Positions 1 through 10,503 of a DNA stretch of 64,000 nucleotides are shown piece by piece. Position numbers and translations under genes: made by a program. The stretch spans positions 2,036-66,035 of the forward strand of contig JBGSVA010000096.1 of assembly GCA_041753155.1 (NCBI GenBank), written 5' to 3'. Each line of letters begins with the position of its first letter. The first letter of the stretch is position 1. The notes under the pieces were generated by a model that was not told where the DNA came from, did no database searches, and was given only the letters and a program-made list of their open reading frames with translations. Source of the DNA: Thermodesulfobacteriota bacterium (GTDB lineage Bacteria; Desulfobacterota_D; UBA1144; Nemesobacterales; UBA2774).

Positions 1-3000
1 CTGGTCTTAGAAGTCGTTCATTTTCTGGTGTCTCGGGAAACTTCTTTCGGATGAATTCCCTATCAAATTCAATTAGTTTTTCCTTCAGATCAACATTCTC
101 AGAAATTATCTGATCAACCGATTGAAGCCTGTCATCAAATATTTCTTTGATATTATCAGCAACAATTTCGTCTTCGCATATTAACTCAATAGGTTCTCTA
201 GACTTTAAGTCGTGTAGATCTCGTATTATTGGTGCCAATTCAGCATGGGGATTCTTGAACCAATCTGTTGACCAGATGCGTCGAATTCGCCAACCAAGTC
301 GCTCCAAGATTTTCTGACGCAAACGATCTCGATCTCTGACCGATTTTGCATAGTGATATGTAGCCCCGTCACACTCTATACCCATTAAATACCTACCAGA
401 ATTGTACGGATCGACTACCGATATATCGATAAAGAAACCGGCGACTCCTACTTGGGGAATACACTCAAATCCTTCGTTTCTAAGAGCATCGGCAACAGCA
501 ATCTCAAAATCACTGTCTGGTGAACGTCCTGTATAGACATCAGTAGAGTGAAGTAATCCGGATTCACAGTAAGCAAAAAAATCTCTTAGGGTTTTAAGGC
601 CGCGCCCTGAATTTGCTCCAACTACAATATCGCATGATCCCATAGAACTAAAGACATGCATACGCTTCCTAGATCGCGTAAAAAGCACATTTAAACGGCG
701 CCATCCATTGTCTTGATTGATTGGGCCAAAACGTTGATAAACCTGACCTCCCGTTTCTGATGGACCATAGGTCATAGACAGAAATATTACATCCCGTTCA
801 TCGCCCTGTACATTCTCAAGGTTCTTAATCAGCAATTGTCCGTGCCGACTTCTATATCTCTCCAGGTATTCCTGAAAAAGCGGCTCCTCTTTTTCGAGCA
901 TCTCTATTGATTGCTCAATCTGATCCCTCTGTTGCGCACTCATGGCCACCACGCCCCATGTATCTTCTGGCCAGTTACGAAGATGATCCCATACGGCATG
1001 TGAGATTACTTTCGCCTCTTCAATGTTACGACGATTGATAAAATAACCGCGAGTCACCCGAGTAAACTTTATTCCATAATCATTAGATTCACTATATGGA
1101 GAAGGAAATAGTACTAAGTCACTGTTGTAGAATGCGTGATTCGAAAATGCGATCAAGCTCTGATGTTGAGAACGGTAATGCCAGCGCAATCTGCGTACTT
1201 GAAAAATGGGGATACATGTGTCAAGAATACTCTCTACCTGTTGGATGGCCATAAGTTCATCATATTCCTCCTCCTCATCAATCTGTCGATCGAAAAAATT
1301 ACTCGGAGGAAGCTGCTTGGGATCACCCACTACTACTAATTGAGCCCCCCTCGCTACTGACCCTATCGCATCTTCTGGTTTGATTTGAGATGCCTCATCC
1401 ATGACCACCATGTCAAAATAAATTTGACCAGGTTCAAGATATTGCGCAACCGACATTGGCCCCATCATGAAACAGGGTTTTAAACTAATCAGGGCACGTC
1501 CTGCACGCTTTAACAGTTGTCTTATGGCTATATGACGGGTCTGCTTTGCACACTCATGATCCAGCAACGCAATGTCAGTATATTCACTAACGCGCCCACC
1601 ATGATATCCACGAGGCACTGGAGCCTGATCTATTTGCCATGCGATATATTCACACTGGAGCCTTTTCAAACGCTCATCATGTTCTTTAAACTGACTTCGG
1701 ATCGAGTCCTGGCTGCGTCCAGAAAATTGTTCCAGATTGTGGTCTTCGCGTAAGATTTCTCTTGCTAGGAGGTCATAAATACCAGCATTGTATGCGGTCT
1801 CAACATGATCAATTGTAATAATTCCATCATCAATGTTGTCAGCAAGCCCATTAAAACCCAATTCAGTTAACTTATTTCGCACGCGCACATAGTCCAGCCA
1901 ATTCTGTAAAGATTTGTCGTTAGATAAGGCATAAGCGTTTCTTTCTTTCAGGCTTGATACTAAATCATCACAGCTCTCTGTCCATGAGTTCCGATCAATT
2001 GCTACCATTACTTCAAATTGATTTCGCTTCTCAGTTTGATTGTTCATAACATTTCTAAGCTGTTTGGCCAACGAACTCAAACTTTCGAAGGTAAGTGTAT
2101 TAGGTGCTTCATAGACCTGTTGTTTAATAAAAGCTGAAGTTGTTTGCTGATCTATATAAATGGCAAGTCTCAAAGTATGTTCCGATACAGACAAAGCCGA
2201 TTCATTATCCTCATATAAGCCGATACGAAGGCCCAATCTTCCATTGAACAACTTATTGTCATAATCAAGATCTTCCCAATTTACTACATCCTTTCTTATA
2301 TCGTTTAGTCCTTTAACTCGTTTCAAGAGCTCAGATATAGAAATCTTATTGTCATTTATCAACGGTTCACAATCCTTAATTGCCACCTCCAGGGAGTTCA
2401 AAATACTCTTTAGTAAGCCGCCTTCTCCTACAAGTACTACAGTTTCACATTGTATTGCAAACTCGCGAGTAAATATGGTCTTAAGGCTCTCTAGTTCGTT
2501 CAAAATATAGTCTAACTTCATTACTGTTCCCTGTTCCACCAAGGAGCGAATCGCTCTGGCTGATTTAATGGGTAACCCGATTATAGCATTTCCAAGTTCG
2601 ACCTTCGGTCCAAATCCTAGTCCATATATTTGTCGTACGCTTTTATACCAAGCCCTTAAAGTTTCTAGTGGTTCCAGATCGGTTTCCAGACCCTTTAGAT
2701 GAATACCTAATAGTTCCCTGTAAGACTCCGCTTGTTTGAATTGGGCTAAATTCTGCACAAATACTATTGCCTTATCCAAATATAAATTCATCTCGCTAAA
2801 CTTTATCTGTGGATTAGATGAACAAGCCAAGAGATTCTTTCTTGCCGAGCGCCAACTACCCTTAAACCAGCGGAATACACCACCAGAAGCCAGTAACGAT
2901 CGTATTTCTTCCAAGGCAGATGCATCTGGCAACTTGTCTATATTGTATATTCTTCTTAGTTCATCGCGAAGCGTATATAAATTATCGAGATCTTGGCGTA

Positions 3001-5299
3001 TTTCTGGAAGAACCTGATCGAGTTCATCGTTGTCGAACAGCTTGTCGCGAAGCTTCCAACATGACGGATTCAATGTTGCTACAATATCAATAAATCTTTT
3101 CAACTCACGCAATCCAGATTCTGAAATTTCGAGACGCTTGGATGCAGCCTCACCCACAGTCGATTGTATCTCTAAAATCAGTCCCTCTAGCTCAGCAATG
3201 CGATCCATCAATCTATTCATTCGAACAATAGAGTTAAACAAAGTATCAAGATCAATGTTCTCATCTATGAGTCTTCGAAGCTCTTTACTTCCTCTTAAAA
3301 AGTTATCTACTAGTGTCAGATCATTAAGCACCTGAATACTAACCTTCTCCGCCAAAACCGCATACGCGCCTTGAATATTCTCAAATAACTTCAAATACAC
3401 TACGAATTTCTCAATCAACTCATCCTGTAGTAACGGTATAGTATCGAGAAGTTCATCACCTTCTAATACGGGTAATCGCTCCAGATCGATCAATAATTTA
3501 TCGACGAAGGTCAGCGTCCAGGAAGTTTCAGACTCGTCATTCTTTAACCATTTACCAATATCCAAATAAATTTTCATTAACTCTGTGAGGGAAGCCTGCC
3601 ACTGTTCCAAGGTCCCCCTTACCCTTTCGAGGTCGAAGATCTGTAGGCTAGAATTACGCACACCGAACCACGGATGACTGTTAACTGAGGCATCACCCTT
3701 GAGTTGACCAGCAATCGCCCGATAGACATCTCCAAAAGCAACAACCTGATCCCTTGCTCGTTTCTGGACACTTGCACTTAAATTTTCGCCGTTGTAACCA
3801 ACTGGGTGAAAAATTTCAGGATTTATTTTCAGCTCCTCGCGATAGCGTGTAGCAGCCATAAAGATCTCATGTATTGTTTTGCCTGTGTTTTTCCAAGTAT
3901 TATTGACTCGCTCAACGTAGTTTTTCAGCAATAATTTTAACTCTTCGCAACGTGCAATTTCGGCATCCATTTCACTTGGCTTGCGATATCGCCCTCGATT
4001 CATTAAGCGCTTATTTATTTCCTCGAATATCTTACGCTTTTGGGTCTTGTGGCTGTGCAGCTCTAAGCAGAATTCTCCTAGCCCTACTGCATCTAGACGA
4101 CTTTTAACAACCTCAAGGGCTGCGAGCTTTTCTGCAACAAAAAGTACTTTCTTTCCCTTTGACATGGCCACCGCGATAAGATTGGTGATAGTTTGCGACT
4201 TTCCGGTTCCTGGTGGACCTTCAATCACAATATTTTTACCATCAATAGCGTCAATTAGGGCACTATGCTGGGAGCTGTCAGCATCATCAATTAGTGGATA
4301 ATTTTTGTGAATATCTTTCAGTTCGTCTATAAGGTATTCCTCACCATAAATCAAATCCCCAACAGTATCGTTCTCCTCAGCTTCTGCACCCCAACCCAGC
4401 AGAAAACCTCCCGCGACAGGGTGGTTAATGATCTGATTATCTTCCGGCCATCGTTTAGAATCCAGATCGAGATACATAAGCAACTTGCTGAAATTTAGTA
4501 AGGCCAATGTGATGTAACGACGTAGAGACCAACGTGGCTGGTTAATACGAATTAGATCCTTTACAGATTGGAAATAATTTTCGGGTGTTGTATCACCCTC
4601 GAATTCAGGAAGTGCAATTGCAAAGTCAATTTTCAATTTCTCTCGCAGTGATAGATTGGGTAAAAGATCCTCGCCCGAGTAACTAAGTACATATTCGTAA
4701 GTCCCCGTTTCACGGTTTAGACGTCCCTTTTCCAGTTGAGTGGGTACTAAAAAAAGCGGGGCAATACGTGGATTGTCACTGTCGTTAGTTTCGTACCATT
4801 CCAAAAACCCTAAAGCCAAGTAAAGGATGTTCGCACCCGTCTCCTCGATTGCGGCTATTGCTTTTTGTCTCAAATTGCGAAGTCGAGTTTCTAATTCGTA
4901 TGGGAAGAGCAACGTTTGAATCGCGTTGTCCGAGTGTTTCCCCTCGGAATTACCCGAAGTAATTAATGGCACTTCATATGAAGTATCAAGTCCGAGCAAA
5001 CGTGCCCATTCTTCTGCGTTTGGATCCTTCTTGAGACGTATTTCTTGTCCAGTCTCATCATCTAATTTAATATAACCTGCCTCAATTAACTGTTTACGTG
5101 TAGGCTCCGGAATTGGCAGAAAGCGTAATTCTTTTTCTGCCAGCAATCTTTCTACTAAATTATCCGGCAACTCGTCAATCACTCGGAGACTAGAACTTTT
5201 ACTGTGCTTATAATTTATTAAACGATTACGAGTAGTTAAGTCCAGTAAGCGCTTTCGGAGACTCTCCAGAGCCGTATTACCTTCAATATTCTTTTGCAT
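1..5299 (-). CDS. DUF4011 / Upf1-like SF1 helicase (AAA_11/AAA_12) with C-terminal DUF559(Vsr/MTES_1575)-type endonuclease and DUF3320-like tail; C-terminus runs off the window
   Basis: Absent from the ORF track because it is open at position 1. My reverse-strand translation from the ATG at 5299-5297 reads MQKNIEGNTALESLRKRLLDLTTRNRLINYKHS... without stops. Walker A is EGPPGTGKSQTITN (about 4201-4225). Near the edge it reads GIECDGATYHYAKSVRDRDRLRQKILERLGWRIRRIWSTDWFKNP. All + strand ORFs at 1136-4498 are short shadows. Confidence 0.8.
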   Translation of the reverse strand, partial: MQKNIEGNTALESLRKRLLDLTTRNRLINYKHSKSSSLRVIDELPDNLVERLLAEKELRFLPIPEPTRKQLIEAGYIKLDDETGQEIRLKKDPNAEEWARLLGLDTSYEVPLITSGNSEGKHSDNAIQTLLFPYELETRLRNLRQKAIAAIEETGANILYLALGFLEWYETNDSDNPRIAPLFLVPTQLEKGRLNRETGTYEYVLSYSGEDLLPNLSLREKLKIDFAIALPEFEGDTTPENYFQSVKDLIRINQPRWSLRRYITLALLNFSKLLMYLDLDSKRWPEDNQIINHPVAGGFLLGWGAEAEENDTVGDLIYGEEYLIDELKDIHKNYPLIDDADSSQHSALIDAIDGKNIVIEGPPGTGKSQTITNLIAVAMSKGKKVLFVAEKLAALEVVKSRLDAVGLGEFCLELHSHKTQKRKIFEEINKRLMNRGRYRKPSEMDAEIARCEELKLLLKNYVERVNNTWKNTGKTIHEIFMAATRYREELKINPEIFHPVGYNGENLSASVQKRARDQVVAFGDVYRAIAGQLKGDASVNSHPWFGVRNSSLQIFDLERVRGTLEQWQASLTELMKIYLDIGKWLKNDESETSWTLTFVDKLLIDLERLPVLEGDELLDTIPLLQDELIEKFVVYLKLFENIQGAYAVLAEKVSIQVLNDLTLVDNFLRGSKELRRLIDENIDLDTLFNSIVRMNRLMDRIAELEGLILEIQSTVGEAASKRLEISESGLRELKRFIDIVATLNPSCWKLRDKLFDNDELDQVLPEIRQDLDNLYTLRDELRRIYNIDKLPDASALEEIRSLLASGGVFRWFKGSWRSARKNLLACSSNPQIKFSEMNLYLDKAIVFVQNLAQFKQAESYRELLGIHLKGLETDLEPLETLRAWYKSVRQIYGLGFGPKVELGNAIIGLPIKSARAIRSLVEQGTVMKLDYILNELESLKTIFTREFAIQCETVVLVGEGGLLKSILNSLEVAIKDCEPLINDNKISISELLKRVKGLNDIRKDVVNWEDLDYDNKLFNGRLGLRIGLYEDNESALSVSEHTLRLAIYIDQQTTSAFIKQQVYEAPNTLTFESLSSLAKQLRNVMNNQTEKRNQFEVMVAIDRNSWTESCDDLVSSLKERNAYALSNDKSLQNWLDYVRVRNKLTELGFNGLADNIDDGIITIDHVETAYNAGIYDLLAREILREDHNLEQFSGRSQDSIRSQFKEHDERLKRLQCEYIAWQIDQAPVPRGYHGGRVSEYTDIALLDHECAKQTRHIAIRQLLKRAGRALISLKPCFMMGPMSVAQYLEPGQIYFDMVVMDEASQIKPEDAIGSVARGAQLVVVGDPKQLPPSNFFDRQIDEEEEYDELMAIQQVESILDTCIPIFQVRRLRWHYRSQHQSLIAFSNHAFYNSDLVLFPSPYSESNDYGIKFTRVTRGYFINRRNIEEAKVISHAVWDHLRNWPEDTWGVVAMSAQQRDQIEQSIEMLEKEEPLFQEYLERYRSRHGQLLIKNLENVQGDERDVIFLSMTYGPSETGGQVYQRFGPINQDNGWRRLNVLFTRSRKRMHVFSSMGSCDIVVGANSGRGLKTLRDFFAYCESGLLHSTDVYTGRSPDSDFEIAVADALRNEGFECIPQVGVAGFFIDISVVDPYNSGRYLMGIECDGATYHYAKSVRDRDRLRQKILERLGWRIRRIWSTDWFKNPHAELAPIIRDLHDLKSREPIELICEDEIVADNIKEIFDDRLQSVDQIISENVDLKEKLIEFDREFIRKKFPETPENERLLRP

Positions 5300-5735
5300 A
5301 CCAAAGTTAGCTAAACTAATAGATCTTAAAAAACTTTATCTCTGATAAAAACTCTCGATTTGTGTGCCATGCTAATCGTTGAAGCCCAAATCAATCAACA
5401 ATGTATACATTTTGTTGTCAATTTATACAAAATAAATAATTTCTATGAAGTATAATTCAGAATGCGTTTCTGGGTCAACAGTTTGGGGAAGCAAGGAAAA
5501 ACATCCCAATATATTTCTCAATTAAATGAGTCACTTTCGAGACGAAATAAATGTGGGAGCAATCACAACTCTGCGACTGCCTCCATGGTCACGGTACGCG
5601 CAACACCCTCTTTACTTTTTCTCGCGTGAGCGGAGAATGCTCCGGCTGGTTTTAGTCATATGAATGTCTTAAGGAATAGCGACGACGGAGCAGAGACAAT
5701 CAAGGATACGACCAGCTCGATGGACGTGTCTATTC

Positions 5736-6857
5736 TCATGGGTTATCTCCTTCGCTTCTGTTTTCAGATTCTGTCAAAACATACTCGAATAAGGAGTCTC
5801 CTTCTGTTATACCTGCCTTATTTAATAGTTCTTTCAATTCCGCTTCGAGATAGTTGTCCTTAATTATTTTCTCTAAGCTCAACCTCTTTTTCTTTGCTTT
5901 CTCCTTCATATTATAGTAATTCCTCGATATTCCACTGGGAGTCGATTCGCCCAATATGCTTACTGCTTTTTTACATGAGGGACGAACACCATTGCCACTC
6001 TCCATTAGTTTTTCTACGAACGCCCACCATAGCAAGTATTTCCGTTCCGTCTGAGATATTTTCGTCTTAGCCGTCGGAATGATAGCGTAGTTTAACTTTT
6101 CCAGATTTTCTCTGCATTCCTTAAAACCGGATAGCCGGCAAAAGTAATTTATCTGCCTCCTGAATGCTTCTACATTAAATGCGAGATAGCCGACCCTCTT
6201 AACGATTCGAATGACTAGAGGCAGTAATTCATCCACATAAGAAGTAGGCTCAGGGAACAACCGAACAAGTTGTTGCGTATCTTCCAGGTATTTAATATAG
6301 ATATCGAGGAATTTATACTGCAACTTCTCCGGATTATGGGCTATATCATCAAAGGTACTCAGAAGATGCTCCTCAACAGAACTAAAAAGGATGCTACTGT
6401 AATCGGATTCTTTGTATTCGGGAGAAGTGCCCCAGTGTATGAACGACTTTTGCCACGGAGTAAAATTCAGTCTCCAGCTGAACCTGGATTCGGATCTCTT
6501 GAATTTTACATGACAAATCTTACCTCCCTTTCTGCCTTCATATGCAGGTACATCTATTTCTCCCTTGCCTGTGTAATAATCGTAAATATTAAACAGAGAT
6601 ATCATTTGAAAACAGGGGTCATGCTTCATTAGCAAGTCGCAAATTAAGTCGACGAGGTCCCCTTCATAGTTATTAACAAAGTGCTCGGTTGAGCGCTTAA
6701 GCCTCTCATCCGGATTTCTGGACTGGGTACAAATGTTTATTAGCCCTTTCTTCTCCAGAAGCGTGTCTGACGCAAAAAATTCATCCAGGGCATATTTTAC
6801 TTCCTCCGGCTTCCATCTCAGCCTGCTTGCGACCTTCTTTATCTCCGCTCCCTTCAT
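5736..6857 (-). CDS. hypothetical protein (about 373 aa), no motif recognised
   Basis: Long ORF. AGGAGG lies 8 nt upstream of the ATG at 6857 (the track starts at the TTG at 6860). Divergent from the HTH genes. Confidence 0.6.
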   Translation of the reverse strand: MKGAEIKKVASRLRWKPEEVKYALDEFFASDTLLEKKGLINICTQSRNPDERLKRSTEHFVNNYEGDLVDLICDLLMKHDPCFQMISLFNIYDYYTGKGEIDVPAYEGRKGGKICHVKFKRSESRFSWRLNFTPWQKSFIHWGTSPEYKESDYSSILFSSVEEHLLSTFDDIAHNPEKLQYKFLDIYIKYLEDTQQLVRLFPEPTSYVDELLPLVIRIVKRVGYLAFNVEAFRRQINYFCRLSGFKECRENLEKLNYAIIPTAKTKISQTERKYLLWWAFVEKLMESGNGVRPSCKKAVSILGESTPSGISRNYYNMKEKAKKKRLSLEKIIKDNYLEAELKELLNKAGITEGDSLFEYVLTESENRSEGDNP

Positions 6858-6873
6858 CAATCGAGCCTCCTGA

Positions 6874-6920
6874 GTGTCTCAAAAATAGAGACGTCTCAAT
6901 ACTTGATATGTATTGAGACA
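6874..6920. promoter_or_regulatory. operator-like cluster of GTCTCAA/TTGAGAC half-sites in a divergent promoter region
   Basis: GTCTC-aaaaata-GAGAC followed by the perfect inverted repeat GTCTCAATA-N9-TATTGAGAC, between the 5736-6857(-) and 7009(+) genes. Confidence 0.5.
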
Positions 6921-7008
6921 TAACTATACTTGAAAATATGAGGCGATACAATCGCATCTGAATTAGAAGCAGTTAACAAAAACAAATATATATTCTGGAG
7001 GTATTTAG

Positions 7009-7203
7009 ATGGACAAATTTTATTTATCGATCAGGGAGGCCTCTGAGTATTCGGGTCTTTCAAAGTGGACCCTGTACGCGTACTCAGCTCGTGGAAAGTT
7101 GCCGGTCCTTAAGGTGGGAACAAGGACGCTTGTGCCGTTGAAGCAGTTCACAGAGTGGCTGGAAAGCCACAGGAGAGTGAAAGAAGATGTGGAGGCATTA
7201 TGA
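7009..7203 (+). CDS. AlpA/excisionase-family HTH (HTH_17) DNA-binding protein, copy 1
   Basis: LSIREASEYSGLSKWTLYAYSARGKLPVLKVGTRTLVPLKQFTEWL fits the excisionase/MerR-type HTH pattern. GGAGG RBS. Confidence 0.7.
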   Translation: MDKFYLSIREASEYSGLSKWTLYAYSARGKLPVLKVGTRTLVPLKQFTEWLESHRRVKEDVEAL

Positions 7204-7403
7204 GCAACCCAAGTGACAACACAAAATTAATTAACCTACGGGAAACCGCTGAACGCTACGGATTCTCGTTAGCGACCCTGCGCAGGCTAGCGAGTGAACG
7301 TAAGGTGCCGATTATTAAGCTCGGAAAATCTGTGCGGATTAATGTGCCGGAATTTGAGATGTGGTTAAATAAGCACAAAATTGATGCTCAAAATCCACTG
7401 TAG
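7201..7403 (+). CDS. AlpA/excisionase-family HTH protein, copy 2
   Basis: INLRETAERYGFSLATLRRLASERKVPIIKLGKSVRINVPEFEMWL. ATGA start/stop overlap with copy 1 at 7200-7203. The track ORF 7155.. has an upstream in-frame extension. Confidence 0.7.
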
Positions 7404-7499
7404 CGCTCGACTTAAATGTGATCATGATGTGGATGCTTCGTCTGCGGCGACAGTCGCTAGGCTTGGAAGATAGATGAATTTTAAGAAACTGGAGGAAGT

Positions 7500-7745
7500 A
7501 TGAAACGCAATATGATTTTTAAGAGACCTGATAAGTACGCCCAGATGTCGAATAGGGGGGTTAAGAAAAAAATTAACATCAGGGATGTAAGTTATATCTA
7601 CAGGATTCCCTTGTCAACTCTACGTAGATGGGGGGCAGAGCGGAGATTCCCCCTATTTAAAGTCTCGAATCGTATCCTGGTTAATCCCGAACAGTTCGAG
7701 CGATGGATTGAATCCGGAGGTGCATCTCATGACTCAAAGCCTTAA
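7500..7745 (+). CDS. AlpA/excisionase-family HTH protein, copy 3
   Basis: INIRDVSYIYRIPLSTLRRWGAERRFPLFKVSNRILVNPEQFERWI. GGAGG lies upstream of the ATG at 7500. Confidence 0.65.
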   Translation: MKRNMIFKRPDKYAQMSNRGVKKKINIRDVSYIYRIPLSTLRRWGAERRFPLFKVSNRILVNPEQFERWIESGGASHDSKP

Positions 7746-10098
7746 AGAACTAGCTCTAAATTACCGAGCTCGCGGATATTCAATAATTCCGTGTAAGCTG
7801 GACAAAAGCCCTTTCGTATCGTGGACGGAGTATCAAAGCCGATTGGCGTCAGAAGAAGAAATAAAACTATGGTGGACACGATATCATGATCCTAATATCG
7901 GAATCGTTACGGGTGCGATTTCCGGGATTTGTGTGCTTGATGTAGACATTAAAGAGGGGGTGGAAGGACGAATAATTCCGCAGACCCCTATTGCGTTATC
8001 GGGTGGCAAACAGCTGCCGCATTATTATTTCCGGTACAAAACTGGGTTCGCGTCGTTTAATTACATGCAAAATGGAAGGGAGTTCTTCAGTTTACGAAGT
8101 GGCGGTAATTATATCATCGCGCCCCCGTCAATTCATTCATCTGGTGGGCCGTATCTGTGGATTAACGGTCGAGGCCTCGATGACATTGAACTTGCTGACC
8201 CACCAGAGTGGCTTTTTGAATTTATGAGCGACTCCGTTATGAGAGAACTAAATAGAGACTACACATACTCGGAGCATAAAGAATCCATCCGAAATTTGAT
8301 TCAGAGAGTTAACGAGAGACTAAAATTCACCGAACTGCTTGAAGGTTTAGGTCTTATCGGGCAAAGTCACGGACGATATTCGAGTTACCGATGTCCCTTT
8401 CATCCCGATGGTGAGCATTCGGATTTTATAGTATGGGACGAAATATGCGGCGCGAAGGATTTTCATGACGGTATCGGTTATGACCCTCTGAAATTTTTGA
8501 TGAAACATAACGGATGTGATTTCAATACGGCTTTAAACATTTTAAAGGATAAGACCGGAATAGATACCAAACCGTCATCACTGGGCACTGTTGCTGTAAG
8601 GGTCGTAAATATGGTCGAAGACCTCGGAGTAATTCTTTTCCACGATGAGGAGAGGGAAGCTTACGTCCGATTTAAACATAATGACCGCTGTCGGACTGTT
8701 AAGGTTCAAAGTCGAGACTTCAAGCTCTGGGTGAACAAGGAGTATTACGATGCAACCGGTGCAGCTCTGGAGGAATCGAACATAAGTACAGCAATTAGCA
8801 ATTTGGAGGCGAAGGCAATCTATGACGGGGACGAACACAAATTAAATGTCAGGATTGCCGAACACGATTCTGCCTTCTGGTACGACTTAGGAGACGGGAG
8901 GGCGGTAAGGATAGATGGCAGGGGTTGGGAAATAGTTCAGGATCCTCCGATTCTTTTTAAACAGTTCCAACATCAGAAAGTTCAGGCGGAGGCGGCAATT
9001 GCAAGGTCCGAAGAAATTTATCAGCTCTTTGATTTCGTGAGGATCAGAAATGTAGAGAGTCAGTTATTGTTCATCGCCAATCTCGTGACATCGCTTATAC
9101 CGGATATCCCGCACCCGATTGATGTATTCCACGGGGTGAAGGGGGCGAGCAAGACAACGGCGTGCAAAATCAAAAAAGAGCTCATCGACCCATCTGTACT
9201 TAGTTCGATGAGTCCACCTCAAAAACCGGTTGAGTTCATACAGACCGCATCCCACCACTCATATTTTTTCCTGGATAATTTGAGTTCGATGCCTGAGTGG
9301 TTAAATGATGCACTCTGCAGAATTGTAACCGGGGAAGGCATTTCAAAGCGGCGACTTTATACCGATGACAGCGATGTAATTTACAGCGTCAGAAGGTCGC
9401 TGTCGCTTAACGGGATAAACCTGATTGCTACAAAACCAGACCTACTCGATAGGGCCCTACTTTTTGAGCTCGAACCAATCGAGTCACATGAAAGGCGGGA
9501 TGAGTCTGAATTGTGGGCTCATTTCAATTCAGTGAAGCCGAAAATCCTTGGAGCCCTTTTTACCGTCTTATCCAACGCGAAGGCAGAGTATCCTGAAATC
9601 AAGCTGGAGGAGAAGCCCCGGATGGCCGATTTCGCGCATTGGGGTTGCGCAGTCGCTCGTGCATTAGGAAAACAGGATGAGGATTTTATCCGGGCATACC
9701 AAGGAAATATCGGAATCCAGAATACCGAAGCGCTCGAAGCGAGCCCAGTAGCTCAAATTATATTGGCATTGATGGAAAACCGGAACATGTGGGAAGGCTC
9801 ACCGACAGAACTGCTCGATGAATTAATGAGCATCGCTGAAGACAAAAAAATAGATACAAACACGAAGAAATTTCCCAGGGACGTGAATTGGGTCTGGCGT
9901 CGACTACAGGAGGTAAATCCCAACCTGAAAGAAGTAGGTATCAAAGTACGGCGTGATGATACACAAAGAGGGGTAGGCGGACGGAAAATTATTATTATCA
10001 ATAACTCTATTAATGAAATTGAAATCAACGGTATTGAGAATACTGGTTTCATGACAGCTAATGACAGCACAGAAATAGCTGGCGACATTCATAACTAA
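7729..10098 (+). CDS. replication protein: bifunctional PrimPol (AEP) N-domain + CHC2-like zinc finger + D5/P4-type helicase-like P-loop C-domain
   Basis: YRARGYSIIPC...GIVTGAISGICVLDVD and SGGPYLW (PrimPol motifs). YRCPFHPDGEHSDF (Zn finger). HGVKGASKTT (Walker A-like). GGAGG lies 7 nt before the ATG at 7729; the track start at 7708 is a TTG. Confidence 0.75.
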   Translation: MTQSLKELALNYRARGYSIIPCKLDKSPFVSWTEYQSRLASEEEIKLWWTRYHDPNIGIVTGAISGICVLDVDIKEGVEGRIIPQTPIALSGGKQLPHYYFRYKTGFASFNYMQNGREFFSLRSGGNYIIAPPSIHSSGGPYLWINGRGLDDIELADPPEWLFEFMSDSVMRELNRDYTYSEHKESIRNLIQRVNERLKFTELLEGLGLIGQSHGRYSSYRCPFHPDGEHSDFIVWDEICGAKDFHDGIGYDPLKFLMKHNGCDFNTALNILKDKTGIDTKPSSLGTVAVRVVNMVEDLGVILFHDEEREAYVRFKHNDRCRTVKVQSRDFKLWVNKEYYDATGAALEESNISTAISNLEAKAIYDGDEHKLNVRIAEHDSAFWYDLGDGRAVRIDGRGWEIVQDPPILFKQFQHQKVQAEAAIARSEEIYQLFDFVRIRNVESQLLFIANLVTSLIPDIPHPIDVFHGVKGASKTTACKIKKELIDPSVLSSMSPPQKPVEFIQTASHHSYFFLDNLSSMPEWLNDALCRIVTGEGISKRRLYTDDSDVIYSVRRSLSLNGINLIATKPDLLDRALLFELEPIESHERRDESELWAHFNSVKPKILGALFTVLSNAKAEYPEIKLEEKPRMADFAHWGCAVARALGKQDEDFIRAYQGNIGIQNTEALEASPVAQIILALMENRNMWEGSPTELLDELMSIAEDKKIDTNTKKFPRDVNWVWRRLQEVNPNLKEVGIKVRRDDTQRGVGGRKIIIINNSINEIEINGIENTGFMTANDSTEIAGDIHN

Positions 10099-10116
10099 TA
10101 GTTATTATTGAAAAAA

Positions 10117-10312
10117 GACAGCAAAGACAGCAAAGACAGTAAGTTTTAATTAAAAAACTGTAAGGAGGGTTTAGTAGACCATGAATACCCTGTTCCCCGT
10201 AATCAGGGAATGGGAAATATGCTGTCACTGTTGTCATACTGTCATATATTCAATGATTATAGCATGTTGAGAATGACGGCTTCTATGACAGCATCGTATA
10301 CAATGACAACTG
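10117..10312. repeat. iteron cluster (GACAG / TGTCAT / ATGACA units) between replicase and integrase genes
   Basis: GACAGCAAAGACAGCAAAGACAGT (10117-10140). CTGTCACTGTTGTCATACTGTCAT (10222-10245). ATGACGG, ATGACAGC and ATGACAAC at 10272-10310. Confidence 0.6.
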
Positions 10313-10503
10313 TTTATGTAAATATAGCTTCAGAGCGCTTAAAAACCGGCAAGACATACTTAGATATAGGCCATGGTAAGAAAACCTTACTAGGGCTGTT
10401 ATAAGGCTTATTAGAGCTATATTATGCAGTATTGGAGGGCACTTGAAAACCTTGGGATTAGGTGATAGGATGGGTGAATTTAAAGAATTGAGGAGGTCTT
10501 ACT

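Noticed and set aside
1136-4498. Six + strand ORFs (60-106 aa) listed in the track across the first 5 kb.
   Set aside because: All are shadows of the uninterrupted minus-strand helicase-nuclease gene, which the track omits because it is open-ended.
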